DNA of 62,953 nucleotides, filler included, from Reticulomyxa filosa (GCA_000512085.1; 25 parts of 25 records of this genome joined end to end with filler, not necessarily neighbours in it); one strand, 5' to 3'; positions 27,827 through 40,874 are shown, counted from the whole stretch's first letter. Numbers and translations are program-made. Notes: a model not told the origin generated them from the letters alone.

Positions 27827-28638
27827 ATGTATCCATTAGCAATTGTTTTCAAAACATTTTTGGCTTTGCTTCTTTTGGTAAGAGGAGATGATATTGTTGG
27901 TTATTCAAGCTTTGGTATGCGGTTGAAAACAAAAAAGCATGTCAAAAAAAAAAAAAAAGAACCACTCTTCCCACTGACCAACTTATTTGTACTTTTCAGA
28001 AACAGGAAAGAAAAGAGGTATTACGGAGCAAGAGGAGAAACAAAGCAAAAAAAAAAAAACAAAACAAAAACAAAAAAAAGAGCTGTGGACGAAAAGGGAT
28101 GTACGAGACTGGCTGACGTCGTTGGAAACAATATCAGCAAAAACGATCGGACTGCTATACGAAGAGCGAGTAGACGGAGAGTATTTATTGGAAGAAGTGA
28201 AACATGGATTTGAAAAACTGGAGAAAGTGATTCCATCAAAAGAAAAGATGGAGCTGTTGCTTTGGATATGCAAGAATGTGGACAGTAGAATTTGTGACAC
28301 GGAGCAAAAGAAGAGCACAAGGAAAGTAGTCGTGGCAACATCCAAAGGGGGAGTAACAGCGTCGAAATCGAAATCGAAGACGAGACCCAAGACCGGGGGA
28401 GGATTATTGCCGAGTCCAGAGCGAACGAATAAAAGGCCTTTGGAAAGACTCCAACTAAAAGATAAAAACGAAAGAAAAGAGGAAGTGAGAAGCAAAGTAT
28501 CCAACATTGGAATCGGTGGAGCAGGAGCAGTGACTAGATCAAAAAAATCTCCACCAAAGGCGAGAGCAGCGCAGATGCGATACTCAAAGAGTGGACAAAG
28601 TGACGACGGCAATGACGACTATGGCGATGATGACAATG

Positions 28639-28670
<32 letters not shown>
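27827..28670 (+). CDS. SAM-domain protein with a possible signal peptide, 3'-truncated
   Basis: LWTKRDVRDWLTSL...LLYEERVDGEYLL matches the SAM pattern. The upstream exon MYPLAIVFKTFLALLLLVRG joins in frame through a GT-AG intron at about 27915-27998. Confidence 0.6.
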
Positions 28671-28959
28671 NNNNNNNNNNNNNNNNNNNNNNNNNNNNNN
28701 NNNNNNNNNNNNNNTTAATTAATTAANNNNNNNNNNNNNNNNNNNNNNNNNNNNNNNNNNNNNNNNNNNNTCGATTCTCTTCATATAGTGCCATTTAGGT
28801 ACGGCAGTTTTTTTGCAATCTACTGTATATGCTGTTGAATATTCACCATTTGCAATAAAGATTGGTGATGAAGTTGTGGGCGGTAATTCAAATGTGATAT
28901 GTTCTGGATCATTGGATAATACAATTCGATTTTGAGATATTCGATCAAATAAGAAAGAA

Positions 28960-29118
28960 TTGTATGTAATCAAAGGAGATGAAAAAGATAATGGAATAAC
29001 ATGTCTTACATTTATATCGTTGAAAAAGAAAGTGAATAACGAACAAAAATCAAAAGATGATTGTGGTATTTACTTATATTATGGTTCGAAGAAAGGTTCA
29101 ATTCGTGTTTGGGGATGA
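28960..29118 (+). pseudogene. Remnant of the 3' end of a WD40-repeat gene
   Basis: ...DCGIYLYYGSKKGSIRVWG* with the frame disrupted upstream. Confidence 0.5.
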
Positions 29119-29579
29119 ATTTTTTGTTTAAATTTGATATAATTTTTTTGCATTGAAAGACATTATTTTTTTTAGTTTATTCATTTTAAAATTTGGAATA
29201 TCATTCGATTTTTTTTTTCATGAAAAAGAATAGAAATGATTTGTTTCAATTATTATATTTTTTACAAATAATGAAAAAATTCAGTTTGGATAAATGATAT
29301 TAAATATCATTAAAGATCGCAAATTAACAAGTATTTAATTGTGTTTCTTCAAAATTTATTTCATATACTATATTTCATAATAATTTTATCAAAATCAGCA
29401 ATCCATCCTAATTTTATTTTTAAAGTTCGAATTCAATGTTGAACAATAAATTTTACTTCATTTTTTGACTGTTCATTATTTATTTGTCAATCAGTTGCAC
29501 ATAATAATATTTATTTGCGTTTCATCAAAGTAAATAAATCATTACTAACAGTAAAGGATCCAACTCACGCACTTTAATT

Positions 29580-29830
29580 TCATGTGAGTTGTACTGGTTC
29601 ATGTTTATATTTTGTCCTCCGATAATGTGTATGTGATTGTCTTTTTCACTCAATATTGTAATACAATCATAATGAACTGGGTAACATGTTTTGAAATGTC
29701 ATCCATTTGTTTTTTCGAATTAAATACTTGTGAACTGATTTTGAAACATTAGCGTCAATATCATTCCATCCACCAAAAAAAAAAATGATATCGTTGATAG
29801 GAGAATAACAAAAAAGAAGATTTGTAAATA
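29580..29830 (-). pseudogene. Kelch-repeat gene remnant
   Basis: INDIIFFFGGWND...SKSVHKYLIRKNKWMTFQNMLPSSL*, then HIHIIGG after a stop. Confidence 0.7.
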
Positions 29831-30432
29831 GATCCATCAATTTCTCTGGGCAACATATGATACTGTCTTTTAATAATATGTCGATGATGCAAGTGGTTTT
29901 TTTTTTACGGTCAAACACGAATAAATCCTTATTTTCACTTTTCGTGACGTAACTAGTCCTTTTTGTTTTAAAAACTTGAATAAAGCAAAAAACCAATCTT
30001 CTTGACAATCTAAAGGACAAAATATTGAAATAATTATGAAAGATGATAAAAACTAAATTCAAAATTATATTTAAAAACTATCTCAAGAATATATTATAGT
30101 CAATTTTCAATGTTTCAAAGACTTCTTTATCAAAATATAATCATGCCATTGTGTGATAAGATCAATATTATAATTTTATCATAAGAAAATTATAAATTTT
30201 GTTTTTCTGGCCACTTTATTAGTAATATTAATGCTATAAAAAATGAATAATTCTTTTTAAATATTATTTTAAATTCTTTTTAGTTATTTCAGAAAAGTTG
30301 GGATGGTCTGAAAGATGGTCGCAAAAGCTGGANNNNNNNNNNNNNNNNNNNNNNNNNNNNNNNNNNNNNNNNNNNNTTAATTAATTAANNNNNNNNNNNN
30401 NNNNNNNNNNNNNNNNNNNNNNNNNNNNNNNN

Positions 30433-31400
30433 TTGGATTCTTGTGTTAGAATGTGCGCATTGGTTTCAACGATAATATTTCTCATCAATTATTCCGTTAT
30501 TTGGAACAATTGAATTGTGACTTGGAGGAAGCTAGCATCATTGAAATGCTCTTCCCCTAGAGCTGCCACTTTTTTGGGTGATGGTCTTGTCAACGGCAGA
30601 CTATTCCACTTTTCGAATTTGAGTGATTCGGTTTTTGATAACCGAACACTTCGTTCGTATCCATAGCGACGGCATCTTTGAGATAAGAGAGATGATATGA
30701 GATAGGAGAGAGAGAGGCTCGACTGCTGACATAAAATATTGCACTCAGCAGGGTTCAGCGCAATCAACACATTGCAAACATCCAGCTTTTGTTTTGTTCG
30801 GTAAATGATGGAGCAACTTTTGAATCGTCTATCCATTATTGAATTGCAAGACTTATTGCTTTTTGTAATAAATGTTGCAACAACATTACCTCTCTTTCGC
30901 AACACCAACAGCACTGGATCAAATATTGGCGCACACAACATCAATCCAATGTATTGAAGTAATTGACAAATGAGTAAAAGAAACATGGACTGCGTTATTG
31001 TTGTCGTCGTCATTATCATTTGACTACGCTTGACATTGTCACACACCGTCCAGCAGCTTCTATTGAGGAGGCGCACTACGTGAAACCAGTCTATGCTAAG
31101 ATTCGCAAAGTCGCTACTGGTGTGAAAAACCATTCTATAATCAAAGTAAGGTCGACAGATTGTCTTTTTTTTTAAAAAAAAAATAAATCCAACAATGGTA
31201 TGGCCTTGAATAATCTCCTTCCAAATCATCATCTTCTTCTTTATGATCATCTCCCTCTTCTTGTTCGCTGATGATCTTTGGCTTGAGTATCGCAAAACTA
31301 ATCCACCAAAATTGGAGCCACAACAACATCAGGAGAATGGTTCCATAGGAGAGTGGCTTATTCGATCGCAATAATGTGATTGTTTCGCATCCTCTTTTTC
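30433..31400 (-). CDS. Hypothetical membrane protein fragment
   Basis: 268-aa and 76-aa ORFs with hydrophobic segments. No family recognised. Confidence 0.35.
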
Positions 31401-31532
31401 TTTTTCCATTTCTTTGATTAATTTCAGTCGCTNNNNNNNNNNNNNNNNNNNNNNNNNNNNNNNNNNNNNNNNNNNNTTAATTAATTAANNNNNNNNNNNN
31501 NNNNNNNNNNNNNNNNNNNNNNNNNNNNNNNN

Positions 31533-32256
31533 GAAACGAGATGGAATGAGTCACTCTGAATTGCCAAGAAATATAACATTTGAACAAGTATATGAAAATG
31601 GAGTGAGAGAATTGCAAGTGCAATTGACAACATATTGGGATTATCTCACAATTGAAATAATTGAAGAAGAGAAATGTCCAGAGTTAATTGATGATTGGAG
31701 TTGTAATGTGGTGGATCGTTTGATGAATTTGAAACCAATGTCATCAAATGGATGTTGTGAAATGAGTTTGACAATCATTCATGAAGGACATTGTATGTAT
31801 TTGGGTTTGTGTAAAACATCCAAATCAATTTTGGTGAGAGTTGATAATCGATGGATGGAAACAGTTCCATCCAATACTCCTCATCCCGAGAATGAACATG
31901 GATCAATTCAACCATATTTAGTTGCATATTTCCCATGCTCTGGTTCGAGTATCAATAAAAACAAGAAATGGTTGAGAGATTATATCAGAGATGCAATTAC
32001 AAAGGATATGAAATATCTGTATTGCAGTGAAAAAACATTATCATGCAATACTCCACGTGAAGGGACTTTGCCACCAATTGTGAAAAAATGGCCTTATCGT
32101 CCAGTTCAAACTGATGCAAACAACTGTTACTTGAGAAGTCACAATGTCGGATATCGAATTCGTTTGGGTGATGCTTTATATCAATGGTTTCGTGATCAAG
32201 AATGTAAGAGTTTTGTGTTTAGTAGGAGCAATTACAACACATGCATCACTAAATAA
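31533..32256 (+). CDS. C-terminal part of a hypothetical protein with a putative CE-clan-like cysteine protease motif order
   Basis: The frame is open from the contig edge. It contains GHCMYL...VRVDN...VQTDANNCY. Confidence 0.6.
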
Positions 32257-32902
32257 GTTACAAATTGTACTTAGAAGAGTTGCCTTTGATATGAATACCT
32301 TTGTAATTAAATATTTGTTTATGGGAAGTTATATAGGGCAATATAATTCAAACTCTCAATAGCAACTTGTATGAATTTCAAATAATTAAACATTTCAAGC
32401 AAAAAAATTTTCACCATTTGAAATCACTTGTATTTAATTCTTTTTTTTCTTTTTCTTTGAATATTGTGTACAAAATAAATTAAAATTTTTTCTGATTGTT
32501 GTTTTTAAAATATTGAATGAAACTCATTTCTTTGTTTATTTGATGCAAATAAAAACGATGTTAAAAATATTTTATGATTATGCAATCCATCACCACAGAT
32601 GGTAAACAATTTAATCAAAATTATTTTCCAAATGAAAACAAAATATGTTGCTTTTTTTCCATTAGAATATCTATTACAAGTATGCTTTTTACATGTCATA
32701 ACATTACAATACAAAAAATTACTTTGTCAAAATATCTTTGCCCCCTTTTCAAAAATTCTTACAAAGAGTTTTGAGGGCCCTTTCAAAATTAAAATTGCTC
32801 TTGATCATTGTCTTTGTTTCTCTTGTATCAAGCAAAACAAGTAGAGAAATGATTCCTTTTTTTTTGTAAAATTTTAACTTAAAAAACTTCGGCAACAACC
32901 TC

Positions 32903-33072
32903 TTTCAAACGTTGAAAGAACTGCCCACTCCACTTTATGGGTCTCAATGTGTGCTACACAAACACAAACGCCTCATTTGTGGATGTTATGATCAAAGAGC
33001 TTGTTGTTCTCATGGTACAACCAAAAACAAATACAAATTTATCTGTGAGTATCCAAGTCATGTCTTCGAGTA
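32903..33072 (+). pseudogene. Kelch-family N-terminal remnant
   Basis: FQTLKELPTPLYGSQCVLHKHKRLICGCYDQRACCSHGTTKNKYKFICEYPSHV, then a stop. There is no start codon and the GG motif is degraded. Confidence 0.65.
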
Positions 33073-33907
33073 AGTTCACGTTGAGGCTTGTTTTTCAGTA
33101 ATAAGAGCAGTCATTTTTCAGATCTTTTGAAATGACTTCGATGATTCTTTAATTCATTTAAAATATCGAAACACACCCTATTTTGTAACAAGTGTTGAGA
33201 GAATATTTGATATTTTATTTTTTCTATGGGAAAGAATTATTTTTTAAAATATAATAACGAGTAAAAGAACAAACATCCAAATTTTTCAAGATATTATCCA
33301 TAGGTTTGCTATGTTGACCAATTTTTGAATAGAAATAGATAAATTACATATTCAACAATATGCAATACTTATTAATCAAATTGGATTTGACACATACTGT
33401 AGAAGAAATATATTTTATGGAAAATATACTTTGCTTTCTTTTATTTGGATCCACCAAAAATTATTTTTAAAGAGGAGTTTGCACGATATTAAAATCAAAT
33501 GAAAAATATATCTTTTAAGGGTAATGCCAAGTCAATCAACACAATTAAAAATGATTCCACGTTTTCCAGTTCTCGTTGGTAACCAATTAATAAAATCATT
33601 TAATGAAAAAACAAGGAACAAGGTTCCAGATTGGTTTTTTGTTCAATGTTTCTAAAAAGAATAAAAATTTATCTAGATTTGATAATAGAGCATATTTAAA
33701 ACTTAATTCGTTGCAAATCAAAATTGAACATAAAAGTTTTCAATGCTATTTAAAAATTCAATTTTATCTTTTTAATCAAATTATCATTTCATCAATTTCA
33801 CATTCCANNNNNNNNNNNNNNNNNNNNNNNNNNNNNNNNNNNNNNNNNNNNTTAATTAATTAANNNNNNNNNNNNNNNNNNNNNNNNNNNNNNNNNNNNN
33901 NNNNNNN

Positions 33908-33972
33908 ATTCCGGGTTTTTAAAAAACCCGGAATTCAAACCCTTTCGGTTCCAAGTTGGAACCGAAAGGGTT
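33908..33972. repeat. Two adjacent perfect inverted repeats (13-bp and 17-bp arms, 1-nt centres)
   Basis: ATTCCGGGTTTTT-A-AAAAACCCGGAAT and AACCCTTTCGGTTCCAA-G-TTGGAACCGAAAGGGTT. Confidence 0.9.
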
Positions 33973-35607
33973 ATTTTGCCGAATAGAAAGTATTTAAAAG
34001 AAAGAGCACTTGAAGTCCAAAAAATTAAACATTTGAACGAGTTTTATTAAGACGTAAACAACCAACAGCAAAACAAAAAGATCAAAATTCTATCATTTTG
34101 TCCAACGAGCAATTTCTGTCAATCTTTTATATCATTTGCATCTTTCCAAATTAACCACATGAATCTCAGTAACATGAGCAATTTGCTGTTGTTACTACCC
34201 CCATAACCAAATTGTCTTATCCATTGGACAATTCGCATAGTTTACACGCTTATTATGGTACTTTATGGACATAATTCCAATTTAAATCTGATTCATGCAT
34301 TAAAGAAATGCTATGACACTCTCACTTAAAAATTGTGAAAATTCCAAGCGAAGTAAACGGACTGACTTAGCATAATTTTTGAACAGCTGAAAAAAAAAAA
34401 ATCATTATAACGATGCAGATATACTGACATTATTAAAAAGTAGCACAAGCAAGTTTGTTTGTTTGTTTTGAAAGAATCTACGTCCATCATAAAAATATAT
34501 ACACATATTCTTTTTTTGCTACTGCAATCTTCGGATCGTATTGTCAAAAGAGGCAGATACAATTGCATTACCATCTGATGAAATATCTATGCTTGCAACC
34601 CAAAAGGAATGTATATCATATTGAGCGCTCATTAGCATGCAACATTAAAAAACAAATAGAAAAAAGTATTGCTGTTATTAAAAATATATTTAGTTCTATG
34701 TTTTGATGATATAATGTATAAATGATATTTGTAATTTATTGCTTGTTGTTATTGATTAGATGGGATTGCATATGTGCAAAACCTGTTCCGTTTTATCAAA
34801 AAGAAATAATCAATATTCTGCAATTTTCTTTTTTGTTGTTCATTGTTATATAATTTGAGTATTTTATATTATTTGCATTACAGTAATTTATAAAATACAT
34901 GAATATCTTTTCAAATGATATGTATTATCTCAGTTGAAAGGTGAGATCAATCAACTGTGTGAACACAATTTTAGCTATTCACTGTGGATTGTATCATCAT
35001 TAATTAATCAAATACTCTTGTTTCGAATGTCAGTAAATTATGCAAAATGTTTTTATTTGTCAGTGTCGAAGTTTTTGTGCAAAGGCTTTTGGAATATTGC
35101 ACACCAGAGAAAAGATCAAATGTATGAGTAGCTTACTCGTCATTTTGATATTGTAACACAAAAAGGGGCCAATGTCGTTGTCTTTTTAATTGTGTGAATT
35201 GTTTTTTTCATTTGTTCTATTTTGATTTGTTATTTGAAATTTTGATATTTGAAAAATGTGCAAGCAAATTTATCAGAACTTGGTACATTAGTATTTTTAA
35301 AAACATCATTATGTACGCATAAATATCCACATGACTGGCTTTGAGAGTTGTTGCTTAAACGCCAAATTGTTGACAATTTTATTTACTTTTTTTTTGTTTT
35401 ATTTTTGTCTATGTTAAAAAAAATCAAAAAAAAATTATTGTTGAAATGTAGTATTCTTAAACGTATTTTTGTACAAAGCATTAAAAGTTTTCAACGTTCA
35501 ATTTTAGACAAGAACCAAAGTTACCCTTGGATCACGAATATTTTATTCAATAAAGCTTTTTTTTTTTTTTTGTATTTGAAAACGCCATTAAGTGAAATTT
35601 TACAATA

Positions 35608-36461
35608 ATGGCGCAGCCAGAAGAGCCAATAAGTGGAGTGTCTTCCATGGTGGTTCCCTTCCAACAGTTTGTTATTTGTGAAACAAGAGCAAGAGAATTT
35701 TTTGTAAACATATTTTTGTAAGAAAAAATAACGTTATTATTTGTTGATCAAAAAAGGTACTTGGCAGAAATTGGAAAAATATTATTGAACGGCAACGAAG
35801 AAGAAACTCGATTATGTGTGGAAAATGATGTATCAAAACGATTGATAGAATCGTTTGTGAAAAGTGAAGAAACAATAATTATATTGCAAAAGCAAACAAT
35901 TAGTGAAGAAAGTAGATCAGCGGAAGGTGGAAATTCAAGTTCAAGTGTAAATGTAAGCGTAAATGGAAATGCAAACGCAAATGCGAACAAAAATATGGAC
36001 ATATTGGTGAAATACCAGAAGAAAGTTTGGATGCAAAAAAAAAGGATTAAATGCGTAGCATGATAGTATACGTAAAATGACATTGAGGACCAATATAATC
36101 ACAAGTGGTAGAAATCAATTGAATTCACAATCTCCATTAGGTTATATGCTACCATACATTCGTCATAGTTTTGTCCCTACATCAATTGGATTAGCTCAAT
36201 TGGAAGAGCAAAAGCAAAGAGGTGCAAATGCAAATATTGGTAGTAGTGGAAGTGGAAATGATCGATCAGGGCAAATATTGGATAAATTGAGAGAATTTGA
36301 AATGAAATTAATTGAAAGTCAAAATGAATCATTATTATCTGGTGTTGCATTGGATCTTGTAAAAGGTGTACAAGAATGTATTGATTTATGTAGTGAATGA
36401 CAAAAAAGTAATATTGTTAATGCATTAGAAAAAGTTGGAAAACATTAAAAGCGTTATCAAA
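35608..36461 (+). pseudogene. Disrupted hypothetical gene
   Basis: Coding-like segments (MAQPEEPISG..., 35761-36063, 36077-36400) broken by frame changes and stops. Confidence 0.4.
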
Positions 36462-36572
36462 NNNNNNNNNNNNNNNNNNNNNNNNNNNNNNNNNNNNNNN
36501 NNNNNTTAATTAATTAANNNNNNNNNNNNNNNNNNNNNNNNNNNNNNNNNNNNNNNNNNNNTTTTTATATAG

Positions 36573-37580
36573 ATTGAGTGGTGAGTTACCACAATTGGAT
36601 ATATTCCATCCTTGCAAATTATAGGACTCAATAATAATATGTTGAGTGGGACTATTCCATTTGGTGATTATTATAATTGGAATGAATTATTTATGCTTTC
36701 TTTGGAAAAGAATATGTTTAGTGGAGATTTGCCGAAATTACCTGATCAAATGAATTTTACATCAATTTTGACACTGCATATGAATCAATTTTCAGATCAC
36801 AATTTACATGATTGGTATATATATGTGTGTATATATATTCATTAAAAGAAAAAAGTTGTTTTTTTTTTTATTTTTTTATTTTTTGCAAATTTAAAAATCA
36901 AATATAAATAATTTAAGGTTGGATAAATTATTTAAGAAAGCACCAGCATTACAGATATTATCCATTTATGATAATCCACATTTGACAGGACATCTTCCAA
37001 GCAGTTTGTATATATCGAATTAGAAATGTTTCTTGCACATGGATGTGAAATTAATGGAGTGTTGCCATCGAGTGACGTTCAAGGAAGCATTAGATTTGTT
37101 ACATTAATACAAAATCGTTTGTCCGGTGTAATGCCAAGTAATTTAATTCAAACTAATGCTAGCAAAATAAACACTATTGCGACCATTTATGATGGAGCAG
37201 GTTTATACACATATATGTATATGTATATACATATATATGTGTTTTTTTTATATATTATTTTTAAAAAAGGATTGAATTAAAAATAGAACTTCTGCTATCA
37301 TTTAATGTTAGCACCAAATTGGAAAATGGATTATATTTATTAGGCAATCGATTTTCAGCAAGAAGGAATGGTATCAAATATTCCGAAATCAGGAGTTACC
37401 AGAGTATGTGTCAAAAGATGAAAGAAATGCAAAAAATCTATATGTTACAAAAGAAAGTGATTTTACTGAAACAATGTTAATTGGATTTATTATGCTAATC
37501 ATTTTATTTTTATCTTTGCGAAAATTAATGAGCTGCTCGACTGTCAAGAGATTGTGTAATAACAAAATGATATGCTGTTT
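36573..37580 (+). CDS. Leucine-rich-repeat (plant-type LxxNxLSGxIP) protein with a TM helix, spliced fragment
   Basis: LNNNMLSGTIP, LEKNMFSGDLP, YDNPHLTGHLP and IQNRLSGVMP, then the TM segment MLIGFIMLIILFLSL. Confidence 0.8.
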
Positions 37581-37854
37581 NNNNNNNNNNNNNNNNNNNN
37601 NNNNNNNNNNNNNNNNNNNNNNNNTTAATTAATTAANNNNNNNNNNNNNNNNNNNNNNNNNNNNNNNNNNNNNNNNNNNNAAAAAAAAAAAAAATTCAAA
37701 TGCTCATTTAAACATCCTCTTTCCTTACTTGCATTTTTCGGATTTTGTTTGTTTTTCTATCTTTTTTTTTTCTTATTCTCTCTCTTCCCCTCCCCCTCTC
37801 CCCCCTCTCCTCTCCTTTTTTTTGTATGAGGGTAATGTAACATACATTGGACGT

Positions 37855-38256
37855 GGCGAGTGTCCACTTCGACGGTTGTGGCGTGGTCCTGTGACGTACA
37901 CATTCCATTGTTCATGTGTTTCTTGTTGCAATTTAACCAAATTTTATTCACAAAAAAAAAAAAAAAAAAACCAACACACACATGTTACCGTATTTGGCCA
38001 TCTGGACACCCAGTCGACGCCCGTCCACAAAACTCCCATTCATCACCAGCGCTTCTTCAGCGTCCGCACTATTGTAGTATCTTACAAAACCGAATCCTCG
38101 CGACTCTCCGTCAATATCCTTTGGGACATACACGTCCGCGATTTTACCAAACTTATCAAATGATTTGTACAAATCTTCCTTTCGTGTTCGACTACTTATA
38201 TTGAACACCATCACACTAAACAACTTATCCAAATCAATATTCTTTTTATGTGACAT
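37855..38256 (-). CDS. SR splicing factor SC35/SRSF2-like (RRM plus start of the RS region), 3'-truncated
   Basis: FDKFGKIADVYVPKD...ESRGFGFVRY...DGRRLGVQMAKYG closely follows the SC35 RRM. The next exon reads GPRHNRRSGHSP. Confidence 0.85.
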
Positions 38257-39669
38257 TTTCAACTATTATGATTCTTTTGAACACAACAATCCTCCCTGAA
38301 TTTTCTTTGCCAAATTGGAAAACAGCCCTGGAGAAAGAAAAAAAATGCTTTGGACTGTTTCACTTTTGGCTGAAACCAATACAAAATAAAGCTATTTAAG
38401 AAAGTAAAACAGTAAAACAAAAACAAAAATGGAGAAATTTGAGGGCTCGTCTTACGTTTGCAACCACACTGAAAGTTATTGCGAAAATTCGACTGTCGGG
38501 CTACCTTCAATAAAATTTTTAAATCAACCAAATCCATTGATAATAAATTACAGTAAAAAGTATTGATTGTTACAGTTGCATTCAATGGCAAGAAGAAAGA
38601 ACATGCATACATTTATCTTTCGAGCATTGGTCTCTTTACCAGTTTTACTTCCTTGTACACAAACACAAAATTCTTATTTGTGGAAATGCCTTGCGTATGA
38701 ATACTATCCCTATCATGCACTCAAAAATCGTACAACCCATTTGCTTTTATCCAAGGGAGATTGGACTAACAAGACATGGTATGGTGAAACACATGGATGG
38801 CAATGATCTCAATGAAATTACTTGACTTCATTTGATGGATTTTGTAAATATACATTGGCGATAAATATATATCGATGCCCAGGACGAGGAAGAAAGAGTG
38901 AAATTGAAGACAAACGGAACATTGTAATAAATGGCTCTCTGTCATTGACGACAGTAATGAGCCACGTAACGATAATGCCCATTTGCTATTTATCACGAAT
39001 CAGCCGGGGATATATTAATATGTTTAATTTGACTACATTTCAATATGCAGAATAAAGGTCTGACTAACGAACAACGAATGATATACGCAATTATTAAGAC
39101 GAGGAATGAATCCGAAACAATCAACACAGATTACAAAAAAAAAAAAGAATGAAATGGTGATGTTTTGTCAACGAACAAGACTGGTCGGTTGAATATAATG
39201 AAGATGGAAATATCTATTGTATCAACACTGTTCGATTATATGGGATGTAAATAATTACAGATATATGGAATATAAAAGGAATTAAAATTTTAAAATTTGT
39301 GTTATACTCTAAAGATAGAACTATTTGAAGGTGACTAAAATAGTTTAACAGAGAAAGTATTCTTTGACAGAATTTTCTTTACATTTGGAAAAGAGAGATA
39401 TTCTGTAACACTAAAAAAAATCAAAAATGTATTCTATCAGTGCATACGGATAATATTGTTTTGAATTTGATTTTCCGTGGAAAATTGCAATAGATTTTAG
39501 TAATGTTTTGAATGGCTGATTGTAGATACAGTCTGTCTTATGAAAAGGAAAAAAAAGGAAACAATGAAAATGTTCATTGTAAAGGCTTTTGCAACTTGAT
39601 TTAAAAATAAAAATAAAACAAGTCTACTGTTTTTTTTAAAAATAGACTATATATGTATATATTATTTAT

Positions 39670-40874
39670 TTATCTTTTTTCAAAACCTTTCCCCACAGTT
39701 GAAATTGTTCCATCACTGTGGCATGTCACAATAGTTTGACTGTCTGACGAAACATCTAATCCTGCTATATCACCACGCAATCCTTCTAACTTTTGAATTT
39801 CGCTTCCTGTTTTGACATCCCATATACGAATAGTATTATCATTTGAACATGACACAATAGCTTGATCATTTTCTAAATATCTTACATCAACAACAACACC
39901 TGAATGTCCTTGTAATTTTTTAATTTCTTTTCCTGACATCACATCCCATATTCGAATTGTCTTATCAACTGAGCACGAAATAATAAATTTATTATTTGAA
40001 GAAAATCTAGATTTGAGTACGCTGGCTGAATGTCCTCTCAATTCTTTTATTTTTTCATATGATTTTCTATCCCATATTTCAATTGTCGAATCATACAACG
40101 AGGATAATATCAATTGATTATTGTGTGAAATTTGTATATCCATTACCACAGAGCTTCCTTGCACTCTTTGCAGTTCTTGTCCAGATCTTACATCCCATAA
40201 TAAAATCGTCCTGTTCCATGAACCTGATACAATGATATTTCCATCAAAAGAAATTTGAGCACTTGGAACTACACCAGTATTTCCTTCAAATCTTCTTAAC
40301 TCTTTTCTTGTTATCAAATTCCAAAGTCGAATTGTATAATCATATGCACAAGACAATAACATATTATCATCCGATGAAAATTGTAAATTATTGACCCATC
40401 GTGAATGCCCTTTCAACAACATTTTAACTTTTTTCAAGTTTGCATCGAATATTCCTATCGTACCATCTTCAAATGCTGCTGCAATTTTAGTATCATCGCT
40501 TGAAAATTTTACATTGGAAATATCTTTTGGATGTTTGCAAAAAACTGGTAATTGTTTATAGTATTTAATCTATTAGGATGTTTGTAAAAATATTTGTAAG
40601 AGGATTCTATCTATATATGTATATCTCAATGTAAATACACCGAACATATCGCGCAATAATTTGATTGAAATCTTTGATCCATCCTATTTGAATCGATAGC
40701 GATCGAATCCAATATTTTAAAACAAGAGTGACTTCTTTTTCATGCTGATTATTTTTTTTTTAAAAAAAAAAGTTGTATATAATTAAGTAGTTTATCATAA
40801 TCAAAAAAATTAATTATTACAGTGCGTGTGCTAGTACTGGAAGTCTTGTTTGCGAAATTGGCTTGATTTCCCAC
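39670..40874 (-). CDS. WD40-repeat protein (about 7 repeats) with an N-terminal 'LKYWIR..GWIKDF' helical motif; 3 exons; possibly decaying
   Basis: GH...D.TIRIWD repeats. The first exon begins GTG-GGA-AAT-CAA where ATG would be expected. The last repeat has an apparent +1 frameshift (TIQLWG reads as TISTVG). Confidence 0.85.

Noticed and set aside
39179-39235. WW-domain-like peptide DWSVEYNEDGNIYCINTV
   Set aside because: The second Trp/Pro is missing and the surrounding frames contain stops. At most it is an unassignable remnant.
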